This document shows, piece by piece, positions 53,228 through 64,000 of a DNA stretch of 64,000 bases (position 1 is its first letter; each line of letters opens with the position of its first letter). The position numbers were made by a program, and so were the translations under genes. Where the stretch lies: the NCBI GenBank assembly GCA_964187785.1, contig OZ076409.1:48360001-48424000 (forward strand), read 5' to 3'. The notes under the pieces are model-generated. The model worked only from the letters and a program-made list of their open reading frames with translations, ran no database searches and was not told where the DNA came from. This DNA is from Amphiscolops sp. MND2022. Lineage: Eukaryota.

Positions 53228-53461
53228 ACGGCACAGAAGTCAGGCTAAGCATCAATTTCCTTTCGCGGTGTCGAAAGTTGTCCATATCAGCAAAGAAAGT
53301 ATCACCTTAGAAATAAGTAGTGGAGAGAACACTTCGCCTCTATCATTGTCCATAAATGTCTTGAGTGGGCCGATATTCCGGTTCAAAGTTAATGAAATTG
53401 AGCCCTTGCATCCCAGATTTGAAGTGCCTTACGTGTTGGAACAGCTACCCCAACAGCAATC
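53228..53461 (+). CDS. GANAB: GANAB-like exon 2
   Basis: RHRS...IFRFKVNEIEPLHPRFEVPYVL resembles [21 protein letters not shown]. ttttcag / gtaagt, phase 2-2. Confidence 0.88.
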
Positions 53462-54428
53462 GTAAGTTTGAGAAATATAAAGAACAATGAATTTAAAAGC
53501 ATTTCGATCATCTGATCATCGTCAGTTAATTAACTAACATTTTATCTGTAACAAAAGGAATGATGAGTTTCAACAATATATAATGCCATAAAGGCCTAAT
53601 ATATAACAACAGCACGCTGATAGATAATAATGTTGAACATGTTGAAGGGGGGGGGTCCGGGAGTCTTCTAGAATGCAAAAGATAACCTTCTGCTACGAAA
53701 TTCCTCTTTCGTGTTCAGTTCCGGTTTCTGACGTCTAATATATAGAGTTTCAAGTGTCAATAGCAATGAGTCAATAGTTGAGACTCATTTCACAGGTTGC
53801 GGTTCCAAGCTATCAATGGATGATGTGGAAGTTCTAGATGCCGCCAATAACTTGAAAATGCTATTGATACTTGGATCGTAAGTTTGTTTCCCTAGTAATT
53901 TTTTCCTTAGATTTTACAAGAATGTAGGTCAGTATTTTCCTGTGCGGTGTTTTTTTACTTCTTGTACTTTTTGTTTTATTAGAATTTTGCTAGATTTATT
54001 AGAATTTTGCGTGCATTTATTTGCTAGATTTTCCGACGATGAATGTCTAACATGATATTAATGCAGTAATTGAATCCCCCTCCACTTATTAAGGTTTTCA
54101 ATATTTTTATTTATATGGGGCCATTACTGACACTGCAAGGAGGCTCTGCAGCTTGTAGCGCATACGACACAACTCTCTCACCCTCCTTTTAACACGGGCT
54201 CCTTTCGTATTTGTCCCAACATGAAAAATGGATTTCAGTACGCACGGTTCTTTTTTGTTGCTTGTTTAAAAAAAGATTGAATTGGTTTTATTAGAATATA
54301 GATCAGTTGTGAATTGTTGTCTCAACATACGTGGTACTGAATCATCTCTTTCGAAGAAAATGGTTGTTGAAATTGATGATTCAGTGGCTCTAATCTTTTC
54401 CATGTGATAACTGGCATATTATTTTTAG

Positions 54429-54599
54429 ATTCACAGTCGATGAAGACACCGCGGATCGGATAGTTTTGAGCTATGGCGCTGACGTACAGTGCGTGATTGT
54501 GAAAGACCCTTTGCTGGTTTCGATTCTTCAAAAGGGCGAAATAATCGTACAGCTAAACCGAGATGGAATGCTGAAGTTTGAAGAATACAGAACAAAACC
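54429..54599 (+). CDS. GANAB: GANAB-like exon 3
   Basis: FTVDEDTADRIVLSYG...KDPL...VQLNRDGMLKFEEYRTK resembles ...RPFRLDL...SVNARGLLEFEHQR. ttttag / gtgagt. Confidence 0.88.
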
Positions 54600-54817
54600 G
54601 TGAGTTGATTCATTATTTTGTTGTTTTATTCGAAAAGATCTGCATGTAATAGTATCGTGACAGACATTTTAAAACTATTTTCGAACCTCATCCTTTAATG
54701 TGAAAAGTTTTTAAAATTATTTGAATAACAAACCCTGAAGGATCTGAAGGGATATGTTTTGCCATTAAATACTTGGATGAGGCCTATCAATTAATACAAA
54801 GTGTCATTATTGTTTAG

Positions 54818-54917
54818 AACCGTAAGTGGAGGCGATACAGTTTTACCAGACGACGAGGACAAAGAAGAGGAAGTCGACAATGAAGATAGGGAAGACGATG
54901 AAGAGGCCCCTGTCGAG
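54818..54917 (+). CDS. GANAB: GANAB-like exon 4 (acidic linker)
   Basis: In frame between exons 3 and 5: TVSGGDTVLPDDEDKEEEVDNEDREDDEEAPVE. tgtttag / gttagt. Confidence 0.7.
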
Positions 54918-55023
54918 GTTAGTCTACTATTCGAGGTTGAATCAAAACGTATTCATATTATTGAATGCGTCGTTTTGTCTGCTGCAATTTACCTTGTGAT
55001 GAAAAGTTATCTATTTGTTGCAG

Positions 55024-55226
55024 CCTTCAGAAGAGTCAGAGGAAGAGAAGATGAAGAAAATCAAAGAGAAGTTTGAGAAGGGTATGTGGGAGGAATCTTT
55101 CAAGAGTCACAAGGATTCCAAGCCTAGGGGACCCTCCTCTGTTGGCATGGATATCGCATTTCCCGGATTTGACCATATCTACGGAATCCCGGAGCACACT
55201 GACTCGTTGAATTTAGACAACACGAA
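55024..55226 (+). CDS. GANAB: GANAB-like exon 5
   Basis: [39 protein letters not shown] matches GAWEETFKTHSDSKPYGP.SVGLDFSLPG.EHVYGIPEH. Confidence 0.95.
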
Positions 55227-55462
55227 GTGAGTATACGAGATTTTTAAAAAATTGAATTACGTCTAGTTGATACTTTCGCCAATATCTTGAAAATGGCGAA
55301 GTGGTTCGGCAAATTTATTGATGAAGATAAAAATTATGAAGGGGAATGTTTTCAAGTATTTTTAGAGGTAGTACAGTTCAAACTCGTACTTTTTCTTTTA
55401 CTTTCTTGATTTCTTGTAGTACCTGATGGCAAATATGACGTTTTAACAATTTTTTTCACCAG

Positions 55463-55643
55463 GCAAGGGGATCCTTACCGTCTCTACAATCTAGACGTAT
55501 TCAAATACGAAATTGACAGCAGAATGGCTTTGTACGGTGCCATTCCTTTCGTGGTGGCTCACAACAAGAAGAGATCCGTGGGCATGCTTTGGCTCAATGC
55601 CGCTGAAACCTGGATCGACGTCGATAGACCCTCCGAAAATAAG
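55463..55643 (+). CDS. GANAB: GANAB-like exon 6; the catalytic GH31 domain is not in the window
   Basis: DPYRLYNLDVFKYEIDSRMALYGAIPFVVAH...GMLWLNAAETWIDV. caccag / gtataa. Confidence 0.95.
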
Positions 55644-55849
55644 GTATAATATACACCCACTGTATATTGTTCGTCAACCCGCCCGCAAATCAATAAGGGA
55701 GTCCTTTATAAGTGCCATATATTCACGTTACGAACCTTCGAATGAAACTAATCGTGTGATCAACCTTCTGACGAACAATAAAACTGTGATATGACAGTGG
55801 GGAAAATGAAAATTTGCTATTATCATTATAACTTGAGAAAAGCGTTCCC

Positions 55850-56010
55850 AAACACTGAGCAACTGAATGTCATTTGAACTTTGTGAATGAGATCGCCAGA
55901 ATGAAAAATGAAAACATTTCCACCATCGGTGATTTTAATGCTCGAAAAAGTGAGATCGGAATTATCAAGTGGAATCATAAACCAGGCCGATTTTGATGCG
56001 GTTGCAATAT
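55850..56010 (+). mobile_element. LINE APE-endonuclease fragment
   Basis: NISTIGDFNARK (GDFNA motif) in a short, decayed frame. Confidence 0.45.
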
Positions 56011-58499
56011 AATAGTGAATCCGGACAAACGCTAATATTTTGAGTCATCACCCATGGTTTATGAAACGTACAAAAAACATTGAATGTGAAGACTTTTTTT
56101 CTTAATTTCATTGCACATTGTAAGAAAATCCAATTCGGGGCTTGGAGAGAGTTTTACCTCCAATTGGAAGCTTAACAGACAAAAAGGTTGTTTTAGTGAG
56201 TTAGCCGATTCTTTTGTTGTTACTGTCAATTTCTCTCTCCAGATTTGCTCTATCGGCTCGCGTCTATCCAAAAACTTCAAGTAATGGAATAATACAATTA
56301 CTTCTGTATCGCAAAAATAACACTAATTAATTCAAATCGTTCAAACTAACTAATATTCATCAATCAAAGCAACAATCTCGGATTCAGCCAACTACAGTTC
56401 TATCACAAGTCCCGGACTTGTCAGCGGATCTATTCGGCTAGCGACAAAGTATTCTTCTAGAAGGGTCTCTTGTCTCCGCAAGACTCAACCTTCTTCTAGT
56501 CCTCTTACTCGCTCGTCGAGAAGCGCGAGTGTTAATCTGAACAAGTATCTTGTCTCCTCGAGACTCAACTTTCTCTCAGCGTTCTAACTCGGTTCTGTCT
56601 ATTCAAGTATATTCCAATTCCGCCTCAATTATATTTGTTCATCGCCCGCATTTTTGTTGTACCGATGTCGCTCTTTTATTTGCATGCTTTTACCTTCATG
56701 TAGTTCCATTCCTTTTATGGCACGGCGGCGCCCTTTTTATATTTCGGTCAGACATACTTCGCCGCCAACGGCAAATAGTTGAATAAATGGTTGTACAGAG
56801 TTTACATTTCAATAATAATTCAAGTCAACCGAGATATTTCCAATATCGAGACAATCGTTCAATGACCTTCAATTACATGGTTTACATGCTCTCTACGCGT
56901 AAGGGGTACTTTTCCGTCCTTTTGGAGCGCAATACCTCGCGAATTCTCTTGCCTGACTGAAATGCATAAATTATCACCTAAAGACACTGATTTACATGTT
57001 TTATCGTAAGTTTCTCTATAGGTTCCGGGGTTGCATCTAAAGTGACCTTGAGGTCCATCGGTGACCTTGAAGTTATTTGTCCTCACCCAAAGTTGCTGCA
57101 TGCCAAGTTATGTCATTGTAGGGTCAATGGTCTTCGAGTTACATGATATGCGTATGGTTTGTTTACCTAAGGCGGTCACCCCCGCATGGGTTGCAAATAC
57201 GGTTCCGTTCTTATCAATCGACTATATTCGTTATTCCGGTCCGTTTGAGGTATTACAAGCCAAGGTCAAATGTCATTTATCGGTCGGGCCCGCGCGTCCG
57301 GTCCCGCGTGCCTTAAACAAACATTACTCCGCGCGTGGTGTATCGATCGATGTATCTTTCATGTATATTACTTAGGGTTACTAGGTGAAAATTTTGGGTA
57401 AGTTTCATGATCTTCGGGTCATCCGTTGGCGATTTACATAACGTTCGGGTTTATTTACTTAGGGTCCGTGCTCCTCCTACACGCGTCGTAGGGTTCCGAA
57501 AACATTCGCAAACGGCTTAATATATGGGCTATGGATCCTATATATAATACGACTTTTTCCGTGCTTGGCCGACGAGTTCATAGGGGGGTCGACCTAGGTC
57601 ACTTCCGGCGCTAATAGCCCGGGACTGGGGGGTCTCGGCTCGGTTCCGTTTTCATAGGCGGGTAGCTTAACACCTCAGGTATACGTGTGCCTAATTTCAG
57701 CGGGATCGGTTCAGTAGTTCACCGGGACGGGGGGGGTGGTGTTTTTTTACTTCCTCTCATTTTCTCTCAAAGGAAAAACTTAGTAATATTCGCTCTTCGA
57801 GATGGATTCTGTCTTAGCATGATTCGAACGATTTCGTTGCTGACGTCACTCGCTAACCTGTTAATTTTCGCCTAAGAAGTTTCGTTTGCCAAGTAAACAT
57901 CAGGTTTGCCAAATGAGTTGTAATAAAACACGCTATTGTCAGCCTTTTCAGCTGTTTTCACTATTCCGGCGGTCTAAAAACGTAATTAGGATAGTTTTGT
58001 TTATCATATGTACTTCGCGCAAAAGCAAGGGGTTTTCGTGGACGCCAAAAACTAAAATTTCCACACACATGTCTACACAACGACTATTTGGGTCTGTGCG
58101 ACGAAAAAAGTGTTCGTATGGAAACATTCCGAGAAAACTTGCAACAGCTTAACGAAGAACCTTCATCGGTTCTCGGGAATCTGTTGCTGGTGCTATCAGT
58201 GGAGATTTCACAAACTCATAGGTGATCCAAACCGTCTCAAAGGTGAAACCGTTAGCGCAGACGAGATTATCGACGAAGACGAGCACCTTCATCGTTTACC
58301 AGACAAAACCGTTAAAAAAACAGTCCAAAGTTCCCCAATTAAATGCGTTTCCAGTTTTTTTCCATCTCACGAATTGAGTAAGTGCCTTGGTCGAATGCTT
58401 CCTACAGAAATTTTGATCACGTTATGAAATTTTCGAGAAAAAGCCTCAGTCAATATGATGCCCTGGAAACGCCCCCCCCCCCCCTCTCCGTTAGCAGGA

Positions 58500-59800
58500 A
58501 GGTTCCGGGTTAAGTGGGGGAGAATTTTTTAAATCTAGAAACCCACTGTTTATGATAACAAATTACCAGAGCAGCATTGTGCACGGTTTCAGATAGAACA
58601 GTATTTCAAAATTCCGGTCAATTTATTTACAACAAGACACAGAAACAACATTCAAAAGTTCAGCTACCTCTGATGCTCAGGAATACCAAACGTTTATGCG
58701 CATCTTGGGAGAAGCACTACGAGGCCTTTCTTGTCGTAACATTGAACTGCCCCCCAGCAAGAATTCTTTTAAACTTGACTTGGACTTCACTATTTGACTG
58801 TTCATCTTCAAGAAGGTAATTGTTCGTAGTTTCCTCTGAATTGTCCATTCAAAACAGTTCCATATCTCGATTCGAAATCTGAGGATTACCCGCTTCCCCC
58901 GCTGTTCTCCCAATATTGTTGTTTTCGAAGTAATCCAGCAGTGTTTGAATTTTTAATCCTCGTATATGAGCTGTAGGCTCTCGAATCGCAACATCTCTTG
59001 GCAGAAACGACAAGCAAGTGAGCATTTAAATCTTTGCTGGAGCTGCACACTAGTGCAATCTTCTTGAGTCCGAACAAGCTACTGTAAATGGCGGTAGACA
59101 GAGACGAGATGAAAGAAGCAGTCATTGATCATAATTTTGTTTATTCTTTTGGAAGCATTACTGGCGTCTACTTCAGAGTCGAGACATGTGTTTTGGATAA
59201 TACTTGAATACGGCAGTTTTTTATTTAGGTTTGGTCGTTCTTATTCGGTAATTGCGCAAAACCTAAATGTATCCTCTCCTTCAACGAGAGCTTCTACAAA
59301 GTTTTCAAAAATCGTGGACGATATCTAAAATTTCCGAATATGCGTTCTAGACGGTGTCCAAGTTGTCCGCTGTTGCGAAAATTAGAATCCTTTCCAGATC
59401 ATCGCCGGTGTCGAAATGAAGAAGTGCTTGCCTGAAGTGTGTTCTTTCCAACTCCTCGCGTAACGAATTTCAAAGTTTTATCTTCAATCTTCTGCTGAAT
59501 TTCCTGTCGGACACGGTTGATCACTCGTTTGTTGGAAGTGTATTACGGTACTGACGGTTCCGAATCGACGGTAACTATTTGTTGATCTGTCAAAGTAACG
59601 TTCTTGGTATTTTCATTTAATGTTGCTCTTGCATTTTTTCAGTGCGGAATTGTTTTTCGGATTATGGCTGATGGCAATGCTCACTCTTATTGATCTCGTT
59701 GCCAACGGTAATTCGGCCCCGGTAAATTTTATTCAGACACCTCCATGACTCCGTTTCTGTTTGAGGTTCTTTGCTTTCCGATGTAAATGCATGCTGACTG
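58500..59800 (-). mobile_element. Probable highly decayed LINE (ORF1 end / APE endonuclease)
   Basis: The minus strand gives FCAITE* and FHLVSVYR, loosely resembling APE motifs. Many stops. Confidence 0.35.
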
Positions 59801-60559
59801 TAAGTCATAATATCTTAGTGATGATTTCCATTTCACTGTTAATAAATTAAAAAGGTAGTTCTATATCAACAGGTGTTAAATTGTCACCTTCGGTAAGACG
59901 CAGTCGCGTGTGATGTGTAATTAAGTAAGTGCGATTAGTATTAATTAGGTGTGAAAAAATTGCCACTCAATTGTAAGGGCTTCTTTTTGGGTCACTTTTG
60001 TCTTTGGAAAATGGACGCTTTTATCCGGACACGCCTTTCGCTGCTGCTGGTTAGTATGCCGAGGTTACCGTGATAAAAACGAAAATATTAGGGATCAGCT
60101 TATCCTGAAAGCACTCTGAACATGAAAACAGTCAATTTCAGTCGAGTCATGTTGAGACTTTGTCAAACTAAGCAATCATGATTACTTGTACCTTACAAGT
60201 TTAAGCCAGTCTACGAAGTTGGAGTGATTCTGTCCACATTCGAAAATTACAAAACGCTCAGTGGGATTACGTGTTAAAACTTGCAACAACAAAAAACTCC
60301 AGGAGACTGTTTTTAAGTGTTCGGCCTTCGTTGACTCTATCGTTTCAAATCTTGATGTGGACTGTTCCACATAAGTCTTAAACATCAAAAGGTTGTTATT
60401 CCTATTCCCGGTTCGATGATTTCGAGAACATGCCAACGTCAGGATTTTGAAATACAATCATGGTGTCTACCCTAATTTGTGCAGCTAGTTTTAGCAACTT
60501 TTCTCAACATACATTGCTCTTCGATCAGCAGTAGTTGGTTATTATATCTAACTAACAAA

Positions 60560-60700
60560 TCGATGGGGGGGTTAGTTTGACAAAACAAAATTTCATTTCT
60601 ACCAAAGACTATGAGTCCCTCCCGGGACTCGAACCTCACCGGTTGAGATGATGGACCAGCGACCTATCCACTATGCCACGAAACCATCTCAACCAGTACA
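60560..60700 (-). mobile_element. tRNA-derived SINE-like head
   Basis: The minus strand has A-box GTGGCATAGTGG and B-box GGTTCGAGTCCC at Pol III spacing, but no full cloverleaf. Confidence 0.55.
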
Positions 60701-61964
60701 TACAGGTTCTATATAAACCCAATACGTTCCCAGTGAGCACCCCCCCCTTCACACTCTACATGCAAAAATTGAGAAATTTTGAAAATCTTACAAAAACTCG
60801 AGAAAGTATCTGGAACAATCAGAAATAGAAAAACCGCATCGTTGACATCAGAACACAAAAAAAAAGATAAAAAACTGTCAAACATGTAAACACCCCCCCT
60901 ACACACACTACATGCAAAAAATTGAAAAATTTTAAATTTTTCAAATATCCCAGAAATGGTGCGAAACATTCAAAAACTTGTTAAAAGCGTTGCAATCATC
61001 AATATTGAGCGGAAACGGTCCCAGCACACACTGCCTCAGGACATATAAAATCTCAAAAACGAACAAAAACAGAAAACGGAACTTGCTTCAATTTGGAGTT
61101 TTGCAGCAAGTTTTTGATCGTGGAAGACAACTAAAACTAAACTATTGGAAATATTCTTTCTGTAAACCTCATTCCACCGGCAGCCATTCATCGGAAATGA
61201 GAAACCCAAATTCAAGAGTGCCAATGGTTGACTTGTAATCTCATTTAATTCCGCTGGTTGAATAACTGAATGGATTCAAGCCGCATTGTGCGGTTCGATA
61301 GGAAGCAAATTATGCATTTTACAGAAATCCATACGGAGCAAATGGGTCGAAATACATAGAACTCTAAGGCCTTAAAAAAAACTTGGTTCATTTTTATTTG
61401 TCTAGTTTTAGGCTCTAAATGGCAAGATTCTTGAACCCATCAAGCGAGACTTTACCAGTCGGCTGTCTACCGCTAATACTATTCGTCTCATATTCTAAGC
61501 TTCCAGGCGTTTAGTATTTCAGTTAATTAGAAAATCAGATCAAAAATATCTCCTAGTGAAATCACCGAGTTTTAAGTTTTCAAGAGAAACAGTTTACGCT
61601 ATCAAAACTTCAAACCCTTGTCCTGCTTCTCATCTCAATTCTTGGGTATCGTGTGGCCCAGTGTAACTGTATATTCAATTGCAGGTCTAGTTTACATCCA
61701 CTGCGCCAATTTTAGTACTGGATTTCTAAGCAAAAAGTAAAACAGATAGTAGTCAATTATACTTAGATCAAATTACCCCCAGGTCATATCAAGTAAATCA
61801 AGCGAAGATAAATCAAGTTACTTGTTTTCTGAAATTTGGAAAAGCTGTATCGATACTTTTCCAAAATCAAACCCTACATCTCAAGCTGTACAGCCCTGCA
61901 ATGATTTCGCCCAACTGGAGAATAAATTCCATATGCCCAGGGATACTGGGTTTCATTGTGTTCA

Positions 61965-62470
61965 AATTCTTAGCTACTTTAGACCTTTTGTATGGTCCTG
62001 TATATTCAAAGTTAGGTCGAATATGAGGCCTATTCAAATGTGTTCATCGTATGTTACCTACTTTAGACCTTTAGTATGTTACTGTAAGATGAAAGATAGA
62101 TCAAATATGTGGCCAAAACAAGTGTGTTCAAGAAATATCAGCTACATTAGACCTATAGTATGGTACTCTATATTAAAAGAAAGATCCAATATAATTCCTA
62201 CACAAATGTTTTCATCGAATATTAGCTACTTTGGACCTTATAAGACGGTACTGTATTTTGAAAGATGTGTCAAATACAGGTTCTATACGACCGTGTCCGT
62301 CGAATATTAGCTACTTTAGACGTATAATATGGTACTGTATGATGAAAGATAGATCAAACACGAGGCCAATACAAATGTGTTCATGGAATCTTAGCTACTT
62401 TAGACCTATAGTACGGTACTGTATCTTGAAAGATAGGTCGAATACAGGTCCAATACGACCGTGTTCATCG
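61965..62470 (+). repeat. ~84-bp minisatellite, 6 diverged copies
   Basis: The unit ttagctactttagacc...gtactgtat..tgaaagatag.tc.aata...gtgttcatcgaat recurs at ~84-86-bp spacing. Confidence 0.92.
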
Positions 62471-63069
62471 AGTCGTAGCTGAGGCATCAATTTTCTAGAA
62501 ACTTCAAAATTTTAAAGTGAGCTCCCTGAAAACTTGGAAGCTAGTACGAATATAACCAAGCATTTCTGGAAACGAGGGATCGAGGAGTATCTTTTGAAGC
62601 ACCGTTTGCGACCCAAATGGTAATACATATCGGACAGAATTTACGGTAGATCACCTGTGTATCTTTTCAGTAGATTTCTACATAGTCAACTATTTCCCAA
62701 TGTCTAGAGCTCTATTCACAAAGTCCGCAAAGTCTAAATTTTTACATGGATTTAGAGCTCTCGGCTAATTATCTCTTCCTTGATGCCGAGCATTACATAG
62801 ATTGTTTGGAAGAACGTACTTTGCTATTTTCATCAGTCATGCCATCTCAACAACATGAGACTAACAACATTTGTCTGTTATAAAAGCAACTCTGAAGTGA
62901 GTCAGGTTGAGTACGCAAAAACTTCACTAAACAAGCTGACGCACGTTCAACGGCTGTACTAAACATTCACACATACTGTGTCGGTATCGCTTTTGAGCTT
63001 ATCCAGCGTCGCGCTTTACAGAGTCTGTTTGCCTAATTATTTTCAGATTGTTTGACTCACTTTAAAAAC

Positions 63070-63310
63070 AAATGCCACTGAAGACAAGCTTATCGAAGCT
63101 ACTGTTTAGTGAATAATCACAAGTACAAAGGGCCGACGTCGCTTTCATGTTTACACAGCGTGTCGCTCTGTTTGAACAATCTGGAATTTGTAACTACGGA
63201 GATCTATATGCCACTCTGGACACGCTTCTTGAAGCTACTGTTTAATAAATCAATAAATACAAAGTGCCGGCGTCGCTTTCATGTTTACACACCGGGTCGC
63301 TTCATTAATC
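63070..63310 (+). repeat. Degenerate ~140-bp tandem duplication
   Basis: gaagctactgttta...tacaaag.gcc..cgtcgctttcatgtttacac occurs twice. Confidence 0.8.
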
Positions 63311-63714
63311 AATGTGTAATTGGCAACCACAGCGATCTATTGATCCAATATCAATCTTGCATCCAGTGTGCTCGACCGAAACAAAAACAATCCATAGTAA
63401 ATTTGTCTACGATGAACTAGCGAATAGAAATGTTTTGAATTTTGAGGTCTCGATTCTGTTTCAATCATTAGTATCTTGTTTCAAAACATTCATCAAAATT
63501 AGTGATAGAAAAAAAATAGGAAACCATTTCGTTGGTGTTGAGGTTTTGTGCCTGATGAACATTGTTTTGTATGCAACGAGTTCTCTGTTGTGTCAAATGT
63601 CATTGAGCTTCAGTTTACTTCAAGTATCTTGTTAGTTAGTTTTTTTCAGACATTTGTCTTGAGATCACCGGTAGCACAGCATAATCACCAGTCAAATTGT
63701 ATCAGAAATCAGCC

Positions 63715-64000
63715 ATGACTTCCAGCTCTCTCACATCCTCAAAAGATCTCGAGTTTGGAGATGCCCATATTGACGTGGCATCATCTGATAAACGACTTGT
63801 CCGCGTGACCACAAACACATATAAAGACAGTGGTCTTACATACATCAACATCAAGTTGTTCAAGAAAAAAGAAGGTCAAGATGACTTTCGCATGCAACAG
63901 AGAGTGGGTCTCACTGTCAAGGAGTTTCAGGAAATTATAGCGAATGTAGAAAATATTAGCATGGGCCCTCCCAGTCCAGACGGCAGTACGGGGGAGAAAA
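63715..64000 (+). CDS. PC4/SUB1-like ssDNA-binding-fold protein, 3'-incomplete (runs off the window, so absent from the ORF track)
   Basis: agccATG start and 95 open codons: ...KRLVRVTTNTYKDSGLTYINIKLFKKKEGQDDFRMQQRVGLTVKEFQEII. This follows the PC4 pattern (R.V.V..F.G..YIDIR........GI.L...QW..L). Confidence 0.55.
   Translation, partial: MTSSSLTSSKDLEFGDAHIDVASSDKRLVRVTTNTYKDSGLTYINIKLFKKKEGQDDFRMQQRVGLTVKEFQEIIANVENISMGPPSPDGSTGEK

Noticed and set aside
31432-55643. FUT8 and GANAB as an N-glycosylation gene cluster
   Set aside because: Only two genes, 20 kb apart, separated by TE debris and an unspanned scaffold gap. Coincidence cannot be excluded.
1-64000. Species assignment (repeat ORFs recall acoel flatworm genomes)
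   Set aside because: Based on recollection only. It needs a BLAST of the GANAB/FUT8 exons, and the sequence alone supports no more than an animal origin.

Overview
AT-rich, intron-containing animal genomic DNA that is mostly repeats and transposon debris. There is no prokaryotic gene organisation, CRISPR array or rRNA. Three host-gene fragments are recognisable: one SPOP-like MATH-domain exon (- strand, 11191-11480), the 5' three exons of an alpha-1,6-fucosyltransferase (FUT8-like, 31432-32933, cut by a 200-N scaffold gap), and the first six coding exons of ER glucosidase II alpha (GANAB-like, 52596-55643). The rest comprises a ~2-kb-unit tandem array (1-9.3 kb), four decayed Ty3/gypsy elements (one with both LTRs and a TSD), a Penelope-like element, a rearranged array of CRE-clade non-LTR retrotransposon copies (44.5-52.3 kb) with a 277-bp-arm foldback, CR1/L2-type LINE fragments, a Tc1 remnant and tRNA-derived SINE-like pieces. 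A PC4-like ssDNA-binding ORF runs off the window end. The most unusual observation is a set of eight non-autonomous TIR elements, five with perfect 9-bp TSDs. At least six different terminal-repeat 'shells' enclose one of two shared internal cores, and one shell is found with either core. All assignments come from motif recognition by eye; no database search was run.
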